A stretch of 64,000 nucleotides of DNA from Candidatus Bathyarchaeia archaeon (GTDB lineage: Archaea; Thermoproteota; Bathyarchaeia; Bathyarchaeales; Bathycorpusculaceae): contig JBEKWR010000003.1 of NCBI GenBank assembly GCA_049512935.1, positions 64,001-128,000 on the forward strand. The letters are read 5' to 3'. The notes under the pieces were generated by a model. That model was not told the origin of the DNA, made no database searches, and saw only the letters and a list, made by a program, of their open reading frames with translations. Position 1 is the first letter of the stretch. Every line of letters begins with the position of its first letter. The position numbers were made by a program, and so were the translations under genes. This document shows positions 27,610-36,022 of the stretch, piece by piece.

Positions 27610-29004
27610 CTATGACCCATGGTTTATTTCGCTTATCGTTAGCTGACGCTTGAGGGTTTTGACGAGGTTTAGCAGGTTTCTGCTTAACTCGATTGGGTAA
27701 ACAGGCGCGTCCGTTAGAGCCTTGTACTCCTCTGGGAACTCGGACAGGTTCTTGGCGGCGTTAGCTCGAATTTGCTCAAGCGAAGGAAGAGCATATGTTA
27801 ATTTGCCTTTTTCCATTACTTTAACCAGCAGCGGTTCAGCCTCAAATTTTTCATCTGCCAAAGTAATCATGTCTTTCTCAAGCTTTCCCTCGGCGTCCCT
27901 GAAACGGTAAACTTGTTTTCTGCCTGGAAGCGTGATTTTGTCCTTGCTGAGCTTCATAATGGGCGTAAAATCGCCGTCAGCTCTCATGGTTTCGCAGAGC
28001 TTGTAGATCACGTCAAGGTAGGGTCTGTCGGCTGATGTGCCCATTTTGGTGCCTACTCCGAACGAATCGATCCGCGCGCCCTTGCCAAGCAGCTCTTCTA
28101 TTTTGAACTCATCTAGGTCGCCGCTGGCAAAGATTTTAACGTAATCCAAGCCTTGAGCGTCAAGGAGCTTTCGGATTCTTTTGCTCGTTTTGGTCATGTC
28201 GCCGCTGTCCAAACGAACGCCGCCCAGCTTGCAACCCTTCTTCTCAAGCTCTTTGGCTATGACGGCGGCTTTTTCCGCGCCTGAAATGTCGTCGTAAGTG
28301 TCTATCAGCAGCGTTGACTTGTCGGGGAACGTTTCGGTGAAAGCTCGGAACGCGTCGATCTCCTTCGGGTACGACATGATGAAAGAGTGCGCCATGGTTC
28401 CGAAAACTGGGATGCCGTAAACCTTCCCTGCCAAAACGTTGCTTGTGCCCTGGCAACCTGCGATGTAGCTGCTACGCGCCACCTTCATCCCAGCGTCGAT
28501 GCCTTGCTCCCTTCTCAACCCAAACTCAATCACCGGCTTACCCTTAGCCGCATGAACTACCCGCGAGGCTTTAGTGGCTATCATGGTTTGTAGATTGACG
28601 GTGTTAAGCAGGAAAGTCTCCATGAGCTGCGCCTCAATTATGGGGGCGGTAACTCGGATTAAGGGTTCATTGGGAAAAGCCAGCGAGCCTTCTGGGACAG
28701 CCCACACTTCACCCGTAAACCTAAAGCCGCGCATGTAATCCAGAAAATCCCTGTTGAAACCCTGCGTTTTAAGGTAACCCAGATGTTCCTCGGTGAACTT
28801 GATGTTTTGGAGGTACTGGAGACTCTGCTCGAGACCCGCGAAGAGGAAGTATGAGCGGTTTTCGGGCAGTCGCCTGATGAAAAGGTCAAAGGTGGCTGGT
28901 TCAAAGTTTTTGTTGTCAAAGTAGCTTGCGCACATGGTTAACTCGTAAAAATCCGTGAACAAGCTCATGTTTTCCTCTTTTAGAAAGTTAAGAAAAGAGT
29001 TCAT
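27610..29004 (-). CDS. pncB: nicotinate phosphoribosyltransferase
   Basis: TDFYELTM, EFGLRR, GTMAHS, LIDTYD, RLDSGD, GVGT. Confidence 0.95.
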   Translation of the reverse strand: MNSFLNFLKEENMSLFTDFYELTMCASYFDNKNFEPATFDLFIRRLPENRSYFLFAGLEQSLQYLQNIKFTEEHLGYLKTQGFNRDFLDYMRGFRFTGEVWAVPEGSLAFPNEPLIRVTAPIIEAQLMETFLLNTVNLQTMIATKASRVVHAAKGKPVIEFGLRREQGIDAGMKVARSSYIAGCQGTSNVLAGKVYGIPVFGTMAHSFIMSYPKEIDAFRAFTETFPDKSTLLIDTYDDISGAEKAAVIAKELEKKGCKLGGVRLDSGDMTKTSKRIRKLLDAQGLDYVKIFASGDLDEFKIEELLGKGARIDSFGVGTKMGTSADRPYLDVIYKLCETMRADGDFTPIMKLSKDKITLPGRKQVYRFRDAEGKLEKDMITLADEKFEAEPLLVKVMEKGKLTYALPSLEQIRANAAKNLSEFPEEYKALTDAPVYPIELSRNLLNLVKTLKRQLTISEINHGS

Positions 29005-29210
29005 GCGTTATTAGAGAATAGGCTTGCGATTTAATTCTTTCTAGCAACGCCATCTTCTGAACGCTTAGCAAAAGCTTTAACCGTTTTAGCGGCAGCCTCA
29101 AAGAAGAACTCTCAAGAATGGGCGTAATCCCTTAAGGCAGACTTAATTCCCTTCTGCGCCTATTGCAGGTTCCTCACAAAGAAGAACAGAGACAGCCTAA
29201 TTTACGTCGA

Positions 29211-29239
29211 TTGTTGTTGATGTTGTTGTTGATGAAACA
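29211..29239 (-). repeat. 29-bp CAA-rich element, copy 1
   Basis: Reverse complement TGTTTCATCAACAACAACATCAACAACAA identical to 35307-35335. Confidence 0.85.
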
Positions 29240-29334
29240 ATATTTTTCTGGAAATCATCTAACAGAGATGACCGTACAACTTCTCTCTTCTTAAAACACC
29301 TTCATAAATGAAGCACAAAACCCAAAAAAGAGGT

Positions 29335-30183
29335 CTATAAGCCAAGAACTAAGTATATCAGGCCGCTGGCTATCGCTATTATTCCCAGCGCCGCCGTCAA
29401 GTAAGTAATCTTTTGTTTTCCAGCAAATTTGATTAGGAAATCGATGAGGAACAGGCTGATAATGGTGGAAGTGACTATCGCCACGATTAAGCCTATCACA
29501 CCTATTGGAGCGATGGAAGCAGCCACGTTCGCTTTGCTCGCAACTAAAGTTAATCCGAAAGCACCCGCCGCCGCGAAAATCCCAGCGGTAAACGACAGCC
29601 TGAACGCTTCATCTGGCTCAATGCCAAGCAGAAGCATTGCGCTGGTCGTGATTCCAGACCTGCTGACGCCTGGCAACGCCGATATGCCCTGAGTTACCCC
29701 GACGATCACGTAGTCTTTTATGGTAAGGTTCTGCAGTTTTCGGGCAGTGACCCCCTTCTCAAGCCTCTTCTTCGAGTACCTTATGAGCGCCGCGTCGCCT
29801 ATGAGGACTAAGCCTATTATGAGCATGGGCACACCAACGGCAATCCCCGTGATCGAATCCGCGATAAGGTACAGTGGAGCGGCGATGACGGCGGTAATCA
29901 CTGTGACGACTAGAATGTAAAAGAAAAGTTTGCGTTTCATCTCGTCCTTAGAGCCTGCCAGCACCTGCACAAGCTTGAGCATGTCTTTCCTGAAATAGAT
30001 TATCGCAGCCGCCAACGTGCCGATTTCCATGAACAGGCCGAAAGTGTAGGCCTGCTGAAACGTCAGCTTCAGAAGGTAAGTTGAAGAAACGATTATCTGG
30101 GTTTTGCTGCTTATGGGAAGCCACTCTGAGACACCCTGAATGATCCCTAATATTATCGAATAGAGCAGTTGGATAAGAGTCAT
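29335..30183 (-). CDS. uppP: undecaprenyl-diphosphate phosphatase (BacA/UppP)
   Basis: GIIQGVSEWLPISS and ALPGVSRSG motifs. Confidence 0.9.
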   Translation of the reverse strand: MTLIQLLYSIILGIIQGVSEWLPISSKTQIIVSSTYLLKLTFQQAYTFGLFMEIGTLAAAIIYFRKDMLKLVQVLAGSKDEMKRKLFFYILVVTVITAVIAAPLYLIADSITGIAVGVPMLIIGLVLIGDAALIRYSKKRLEKGVTARKLQNLTIKDYVIVGVTQGISALPGVSRSGITTSAMLLLGIEPDEAFRLSFTAGIFAAAGAFGLTLVASKANVAASIAPIGVIGLIVAIVTSTIISLFLIDFLIKFAGKQKITYLTAALGIIAIASGLIYLVLGL

Positions 30184-30268
30184 GGCAGTTCAGCTTAGAA
30201 CTTCAGGAAAGGGCTCGGTGTAATAAAAGTTTTAGGGTTAAATCCCAAGCTAGCTTATTGCAGAGCTT

Positions 30269-31465
30269 TCAAAGCAAAGAAAATATTCCAAGTAGTCCGC
30301 CTGCAACTACTATGAGTGCTGCTGCCCAGAAGGCTATTTTCTCGTATTTTTTGAATTGGTTTCCGTTCATGACTTCTTTTTTCGTTACGAGCCTGCCCAG
30401 AAAGTACAGGGAAGGTATGAGGACCAGTGGAAAGATGAACATCATGTTAAGCATAAGCTGGATGTAACCGCTAACAACAGCCACGATGACTATGGCAGGA
30501 ACAGCTTCAAGGGCGTATATCTCGAGGAAGTTTGCTCTTGAATTAGGTCCAGATGAACGTCCTGTTGCTTCCAAAACTCCCCAAGCTGAGCCAAGGGACA
30601 CCACCACGAGGGCTAAGAAACCTGCGAATATGAATCCCAACCCCATTATGGGTTCAGCGTAGCTGCCGAAAACAGGCAGTGCCTTCGTTAACTCGCTGAC
30701 GTTGATCAGTTTGTCTCCGCTGAAAACGTTTAGCCCGACCACGACAAGTATAATCATTAGTATTTCGGAAACCACGGCACCGATCAAGGTCTCCAACCGC
30801 TCGTTTTTGAGGTCTTTAACCTGCTTGTGCCGTCGGGAATCCGCGCCTGAGTGGAAGTAAAGCATCCAGGGCATGATGACTGCGCCGACGCTGGCTGCAA
30901 GCAGGTACGCGAAGGATGGGTTGCCGTAAGGCTGAAGGGGCGAAAGACCGAGCGAAACAAACAACCCGAAGTTTACGTGGAAGACAAACGTTGAGCTTAC
31001 GATCGCGATCATGAGCAGGAAGCTTACTGGTATGAGCATTTTTTCAGCTTGGTGATATTGCCGCCCAAAAATTATCAGCGTGTGGATTCCGAAAACGATG
31101 ATAAGGCCCAGGATTACTGGGAAGCCTATGAGGGCGAAGCCGATGGCGATTCCCGCGTACTGAGCAACATACTCCAAAAAATCGCTTAAACCCATCGGAA
31201 TCGCAGCCATCACCGCGGCTTTCTTCCCAAAATTGTTCCTAATCTGCTCCCCAAGCCCCTTTCCTGACGCAATTCCCAAACGTCCCGCAGCATCCTGAAT
31301 TATAAAAAGCGGGAAAATGAGGACTGTGAGAATGAAGATCATTCGGTAACCCCAAGTTGCGCCCGCCTGGAGACCAGTGATGATGGAGGCGACGTCCACG
31401 TCAGCTATCATAACTATCCATGCAGGTCCAAAGTTTCTTAGCCAATCGCTGACTTTCTGGTTCAT
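30269..31465 (-). CDS. mntH: NRAMP family divalent metal transporter
   Basis: GPAWIVMIADVD, GAVIMPW; divergent from DtxR-family regulator. Confidence 0.82.
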   Translation of the reverse strand: MNQKVSDWLRNFGPAWIVMIADVDVASIITGLQAGATWGYRMIFILTVLIFPLFIIQDAAGRLGIASGKGLGEQIRNNFGKKAAVMAAIPMGLSDFLEYVAQYAGIAIGFALIGFPVILGLIIVFGIHTLIIFGRQYHQAEKMLIPVSFLLMIAIVSSTFVFHVNFGLFVSLGLSPLQPYGNPSFAYLLAASVGAVIMPWMLYFHSGADSRRHKQVKDLKNERLETLIGAVVSEILMIILVVVGLNVFSGDKLINVSELTKALPVFGSYAEPIMGLGFIFAGFLALVVVSLGSAWGVLEATGRSSGPNSRANFLEIYALEAVPAIVIVAVVSGYIQLMLNMMFIFPLVLIPSLYFLGRLVTKKEVMNGNQFKKYEKIAFWAAALIVVAGGLLGIFSLL

Positions 31466-31479
31466 GACTCCTGTCTCAC

Positions 31480-31529
31480 TTAGGAGTACCTAAATTGTAA
31501 CTAGAATATAATCATTTAGGTGTGCCTAA
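31480..31529. promoter_or_regulatory. two DtxR/MntR-type operators TTAGG-N4-CCTAA
   Basis: TTAGGAGTACCTAA (31480-31493) and TTAGGTGTGCCTAA (31516-31529) flanking a TATA-like element. Confidence 0.8.
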
Positions 31530-31610
31530 GTCTCTTACTTCAAAAAACCAAATCAGCAAAGCCAAATCGCGAAGTCAAAACTTATATGACAATCAACAAT
31601 AATCTATTAA

Positions 31611-32033
31611 GTGATGCTAATGTGCATCTCAGAAAGCGTTGAAGAATACTTAGAGACCCTCTGGAAGTCAGAGGAACACGGCGAAAAACTTGCGCACCTA
31701 ACCTGGATAGCAGATCATTTGGGAATAGCCGCGCCGAGCGCTCTGGAAATGCTGAAAAAGCTGGAAAAAGAAGGGCTCGTAGTTTACAAGGTACGGCAAG
31801 GTATTGAACTTACCGACAATGGAAGAGCAATAGCCAGAAGGATCGTTCGGGCTCACAGATTAACTGAGGTGCTGATGAAGGAAACGCTGAAAACCGACAT
31901 TCGTGAGGAAACGGTCTGCGGAATGGAGCACCACATGGACGAAGAATTCATGGATGCCCTGTGCACACTGCTGAAGCATCCGACAAAATGTCCGCATGGA
32001 CGACCCATCCCAAAAGGAAAATGTTGCCCATAA
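31611..32033 (+). CDS. mntR: DtxR/MntR family metal-dependent regulator
   Basis: EEYLE, HRL.E, CGMEH, CPHGRPIP. Confidence 0.9.
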   Translation: MMLMCISESVEEYLETLWKSEEHGEKLAHLTWIADHLGIAAPSALEMLKKLEKEGLVVYKVRQGIELTDNGRAIARRIVRAHRLTEVLMKETLKTDIREETVCGMEHHMDEEFMDALCTLLKHPTKCPHGRPIPKGKCCP

Positions 32034-32186
32034 AAAAGGAATTCTGTTTTTCAAGGTTCTACCATAAATTACATGGCTCTTTTTTCCGCTTCTTAACTTA
32101 TCACTTTTCTGAACTGGTAAAGCGCGGTTTTTATTGCGAATCCTTTTTGTTTACCTCCTCAGCATAATTACCTTTAAGGGAAAATT

Positions 32187-33053
32187 GTGCCGTTAATCAC
32201 GAAGTTTGACCCGTGGCAAAGCGGCTTGTGCACTTGTCCGCCGAAGCTAACGTTTAACCCTTACACGGGATGCGACCACCAATGCATCTACTGCTACGCC
32301 TCCAGCTACATCCCCAACTTCCGCGATTGCAGACCAAAAAAGGACCTGCTAGCCACGTTGAAGCGGGAGGCGGCGAAGCTTAAGGGCGAAACCATTTCGC
32401 TGTGCAACTCTTCGGACCCTTACCCGCGTGCGGAAGCGTCTGAAGGTTTGACTAGGCGATGCCTCGAAATCCTCGCTGAAAGCAACTGCAAAATTCAAAT
32501 CATCACCAAAAGCAACTTGGTGGCTAGGGATGATGATCTGCTCAGCAAGGTTCCGTCAACCGTCGCGTTGACCGTCACGACCGAAGACGACCATTTAGCG
32601 AGGCTTATCGAGCCCTTTGCTCCTCTGCCTTCAGAGCGTCTTAGGGCGGCTCAGGACTTGATAAAAGCAGGCATACCCGTCTCAGTGCGGTTAGACCCCA
32701 TCATACCCCTCGTGAATGACCAGCCAGAGGGACTTATCGCGGATTTGGCATGCATAGGCGTCAAGCATCTGACGTGTTCCACTTACAAGGCTAGACCAGA
32801 CAATTGGATGCGGCTCACCCGAGCCATGCCCCAAGTGGCAGAGAAGCTGAAGCCGCTCTATTTCCAGCAGGGCGAAAAAATCGGCGGCAGCACGCTTTTG
32901 CCAAAGGCGCTCAGGTTCAAGCTTCTTAAGAACATGCGAGACTTGGCTTTGGCTCAGGGGATGAAGTTTGGGGTTTGCAGGGAAGGCTTAACCGAGTTGA
33001 ACACTGCGGCCTGTGACGGGTCATGGCTCATGCCTAAGGCGAAGGGGGCTTAG
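32187..33053 (+). CDS. radical SAM protein, SplB-like
   Basis: NPYTGCDHQCIYCYA, SDPYP, ITKS, RLDPIIP. Confidence 0.88.
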   Translation: MPLITKFDPWQSGLCTCPPKLTFNPYTGCDHQCIYCYASSYIPNFRDCRPKKDLLATLKREAAKLKGETISLCNSSDPYPRAEASEGLTRRCLEILAESNCKIQIITKSNLVARDDDLLSKVPSTVALTVTTEDDHLARLIEPFAPLPSERLRAAQDLIKAGIPVSVRLDPIIPLVNDQPEGLIADLACIGVKHLTCSTYKARPDNWMRLTRAMPQVAEKLKPLYFQQGEKIGGSTLLPKALRFKLLKNMRDLALAQGMKFGVCREGLTELNTAACDGSWLMPKAKGA

Positions 33054-33058
33054 CGTAC

Positions 33059-34162
33059 ATGCAGAACCGCGTGGTCATGCTTGTTGACTTTGACTATTTC
33101 TTTGCGCAATGCGAAGAGCTCCGCAACCCAGCTATCAAAGACAAACCCGTTGTGGTCGGCGTCTACTCGGGACGCACCGAGGAAAGCGGCGCCGTCAGCA
33201 CCAGCAACTACATAGCCCGAAAATACGCTGTCAAATCAGGTATGCCGCTGTTTATGGCTAAACGTAAGCTTGAGGGCACCGACGCGGTTTTCCTGCCTGT
33301 TGACCACGAGTACTACGAGCAAATTAGCAACCGCATAATGCAGATTCTCCGTGGCTATGCTACCAGCCTTGAGCAGGTCAGCGTTGACGAGGCTTACCTG
33401 GACGTTACGGAGCAGGTGCAAGGCAGCTTTGAGAAGGCAAGGGATTACGCTCAAAAAATAAAGGCTGAAGTCAAAAGCCAAGTTGGCATTTCTTTCTCCG
33501 TCGGCGTGGGCGCGAACAAGCTTGTAGCCAAGATTGCCTGTGACAGCCAGAAACCTGACGGCTTAACGATCGTGTTGCCTGAAGAAGCAAAGGGTTTTCT
33601 TGCGCCGTTAGCTGTTGATCGGCTCTTAGGCGTCGGGAAAAAGACTTCGGCGGTTATGGAATCTTTGGGCATCAAAACCATCGGTGACTTGGCAGGTTAC
33701 GATGTGCAAAGACTTATAGCCATTTGGGGCAAAATTCTCGGCATTTACTTCCACAACGCAGCCAACGCTATTGACAACGACCCCGTTCAGGAGCAGGGCG
33801 AGGCTGAATCCATAAGCCGAATCGGCACGCTAAAGCAGGATTCCCGTGATTTAGCGTTTGTTTTGCAGAAAACCGACGAGTTAACCGAAGACGTGGCGAA
33901 AGATGTTGCGGAGAAGAATTTGAGTTTCAAGCAGGTGTCGATTTACGTGGTTCTGACTGATTTAAGCAGCAAAAGCAGGTCAGTAACGCTTGAGCAGCCC
34001 GCCAAAGATAAAGAAACAATAAAGAGGAATGTTAAGGAGCTTCTCGGCAAATTCTTAAGCGAATCCCCGCTTGAAGTGCGAAGGGTCGGCGTCAGAGTGT
34101 CAGGCTTCAGCAGGGAAGAGCCAAGGCAAAAACAACTGACAAGTTTCTTTCAAGCAGGTTAA
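33059..34162 (+). CDS. dinB: Y-family DNA polymerase IV
   Basis: VDFDYFFAQ, SNYIAR, SVDEAYLD, KLVAKIA, KPDG, GVG.K. Confidence 0.95.
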   Translation: MQNRVVMLVDFDYFFAQCEELRNPAIKDKPVVVGVYSGRTEESGAVSTSNYIARKYAVKSGMPLFMAKRKLEGTDAVFLPVDHEYYEQISNRIMQILRGYATSLEQVSVDEAYLDVTEQVQGSFEKARDYAQKIKAEVKSQVGISFSVGVGANKLVAKIACDSQKPDGLTIVLPEEAKGFLAPLAVDRLLGVGKKTSAVMESLGIKTIGDLAGYDVQRLIAIWGKILGIYFHNAANAIDNDPVQEQGEAESISRIGTLKQDSRDLAFVLQKTDELTEDVAKDVAEKNLSFKQVSIYVVLTDLSSKSRSVTLEQPAKDKETIKRNVKELLGKFLSESPLEVRRVGVRVSGFSREEPRQKQLTSFFQAG

Positions 34163-34216
34163 ATCAGAAAAAAGCTTTTAGTCCGTGAATGAGCATTTAG
34201 ATTTGGGGTCAAATTC

Positions 34217-34813
34217 TTGTCCTGTGAGAAACCAAGTAAGAAAAAGCTGCCGCCTAATCAAGAAGTTACCGCTCGGCTTCTGCGTTGGGGCATCGACCAT
34301 CCGGGGATAACCTCCAGTAACCCCCAGCTTAAGCTTGAAACCTACACGTTGACGATCGACGGCGAAGTGGAAAACCCAGTCGTGCTCAGTTGGAACGACT
34401 TCATGAAGTTGCCGAAAACCGTTTCGACCAGCGATTTCCACTGTGTTGAGGGCTGGAGCGTTTTGGACTGCAAATGGGAGGGCGTAACAATCCGCGCGAT
34501 TGTACAACTTGTTAAACCGAAAGCGGAGGCTAAAGCCGTGACTTTTGAATCGGCTGACTCGTACACAACTTCGCTTTTCCGCGAGGAACTCAGCGGCGAC
34601 GACGTGCTCTTAGCTTACAAGCTTAACGACCGAGTGCTTGAAGAAGGCTACGGCTTCCCAGTGCGCCTCGTGGTTCCCAGCAAATACGCCTATAAGAGCG
34701 CTTTGTGGGTGGTGCATCTTCAGTTTACCCGCGGCAAAGCGTTGGGTTTCTGGGAGCGTCGGGGCTACAGTGACAGCGCGGACGTGTGGAAAAACGACCG
34801 TTTTAGGCGATAA
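34217..34813 (+). CDS. sulfite oxidase-family molybdopterin catalytic subunit (MsrP-like, no signal peptide)
   Basis: DFHCVEGWS, GFPVRLVVP.KYAYKS, GFWERRGY. Confidence 0.88.
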   Translation: MSCEKPSKKKLPPNQEVTARLLRWGIDHPGITSSNPQLKLETYTLTIDGEVENPVVLSWNDFMKLPKTVSTSDFHCVEGWSVLDCKWEGVTIRAIVQLVKPKAEAKAVTFESADSYTTSLFREELSGDDVLLAYKLNDRVLEEGYGFPVRLVVPSKYAYKSALWVVHLQFTRGKALGFWERRGYSDSADVWKNDRFRR

Positions 34814-34960
34814 ACAATTAATTGTTACGTATGCAACACTTTACATATCAATTAGTTTTGTTCGATAAACTTCGAACATGTAAGAATAATTCCTCTGAAG
34901 CAGGACAACGTTTATAAGGTTGCTTTGATAACGCTTTGGACTCATCAAGAGGTAAAAAAT

Positions 34961-35122
34961 ATGTCTCAGGAAAATAAGCTCGCAAGGCACAGCCAAAACT
35001 GCAAAGTAGCTGCTAGCATGCCAGAATGCATAGTTGTAGCAGCCGACGTCAGCAGTGCAAAGGTTCCTTCACAGAAAAGAAAGGAACAAGCTGAGCCAAC
35101 CCTGTACCTAAAAAGAATTTGA
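34961..35122 (+). CDS. small hypothetical protein (53 aa)
   Basis: TTTATAA box near 34911 and GAGGT 8 nt before ATG. Confidence 0.45.
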   Translation: MSQENKLARHSQNCKVAASMPECIVVAADVSSAKVPSQKRKEQAEPTLYLKRI

Positions 35123-35306
35123 AACTTCTTTTCTCAACATTGCGCATTCGCAAGCAGCTTAGCGCTTAAAAGAAATTAACGCAGCGTTGAGCTTGCTGTT
35201 GATTTTGCTGTTGGAAAATAATGTTTCTTACAGCCGAAAAAACGTTGGCTACAGTTAAGGCTAAGTTGTTCGGCTCAAGTTGAGTTTTTTTGGAATATAA
35301 GGAAAA

Positions 35307-35335
35307 TGTTTCATCAACAACAACATCAACAACAA
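35307..35335 (+). repeat. 29-bp CAA-rich element, copy 2 (degenerate copies at 35193-35213 minus and 35385-35416 plus)
   Basis: Exact inverted match to 29211-29239. Confidence 0.85.
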
Positions 35336-35573
35336 CGGCAGCTGGTCTGAGGGGCTAGTTCTTTCGGTTTGCGGCAAAACCAATTGTGTCATCATCATCT
35401 TCATCATTAACAACAATGCAACTTTTACGCTCTTTCTGGGTTGCCCGCAAATCAAAAGGTCTATGTGCGCAAAAAGTCACTTGCTAATCTTCTTTAACAG
35501 GAAACATTCTGTTGCGCTTTAAATCTTTTATACTTGATTACTCATCGGCTTAAAGCGGCAAGAAGGCAAAAAA

Positions 35574-36020
35574 ATGGATTACACCGAGGCTAAACTTGGA
35601 AGGGTCTTCATTCTTAGGCTTCGCCATGGCGAACGCATTCATGAAGTCATTGAAAAATTCGCCTCTGAAAAGAAGGTTTCCAGCGCATTATGCTTCTTTG
35701 TAGGCGGCGCGGAAGACAAGAGCAAGGTTGTCGTGGGACCGAAAGACGGCGAGGCGCTTCCTCCCATACCCATGGTAACACTGCTTAAGGGAGTTCATGA
35801 AAGCTGCGGCGTCGGGACAATCTTCGTTGACGAGGAAGGCAAACCGAAACTTCACATGCACGCCAGTTTCGGAAGAAACGACGCTGCGGTTACGGGATGC
35901 GTGCGGTTGGGCGTTGATGTTTGGCAGATTGGCGAAGTCGTCATTTTGGAGCTTGGTGACGCTTCGGCTAAACGGGTTAAGGATAAGAAAACGGGTTTTG
36001 AACTTTTAGACGTAGGCTAA
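35574..36020 (+). CDS. PPC/DUF296 domain protein
   Basis: LRL.HGE, GTIF, LHMHASFG. Confidence 0.85.
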   Translation: MDYTEAKLGRVFILRLRHGERIHEVIEKFASEKKVSSALCFFVGGAEDKSKVVVGPKDGEALPPIPMVTLLKGVHESCGVGTIFVDEEGKPKLHMHASFGRNDAAVTGCVRLGVDVWQIGEVVILELGDASAKRVKDKKTGFELLDVG

Positions 36021-36022
36021 GA

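Noticed and set aside
19827-33058. Shared DNA-damage box upstream of uvrB, ssb and rSAM-dinB
   Set aside because: No convincing common motif found by eye
29211-35335. Composite transposon defined by the 29-bp inverted repeats
   Set aside because: No transposase, no evident target duplication, and enclosed genes look like host genes; kept only as an unexplained repeat
34814-35573. Replication origin
   Set aside because: AT-rich and repeat-bearing, but no clear ORB consensus and no cdc6/orc1 nearby
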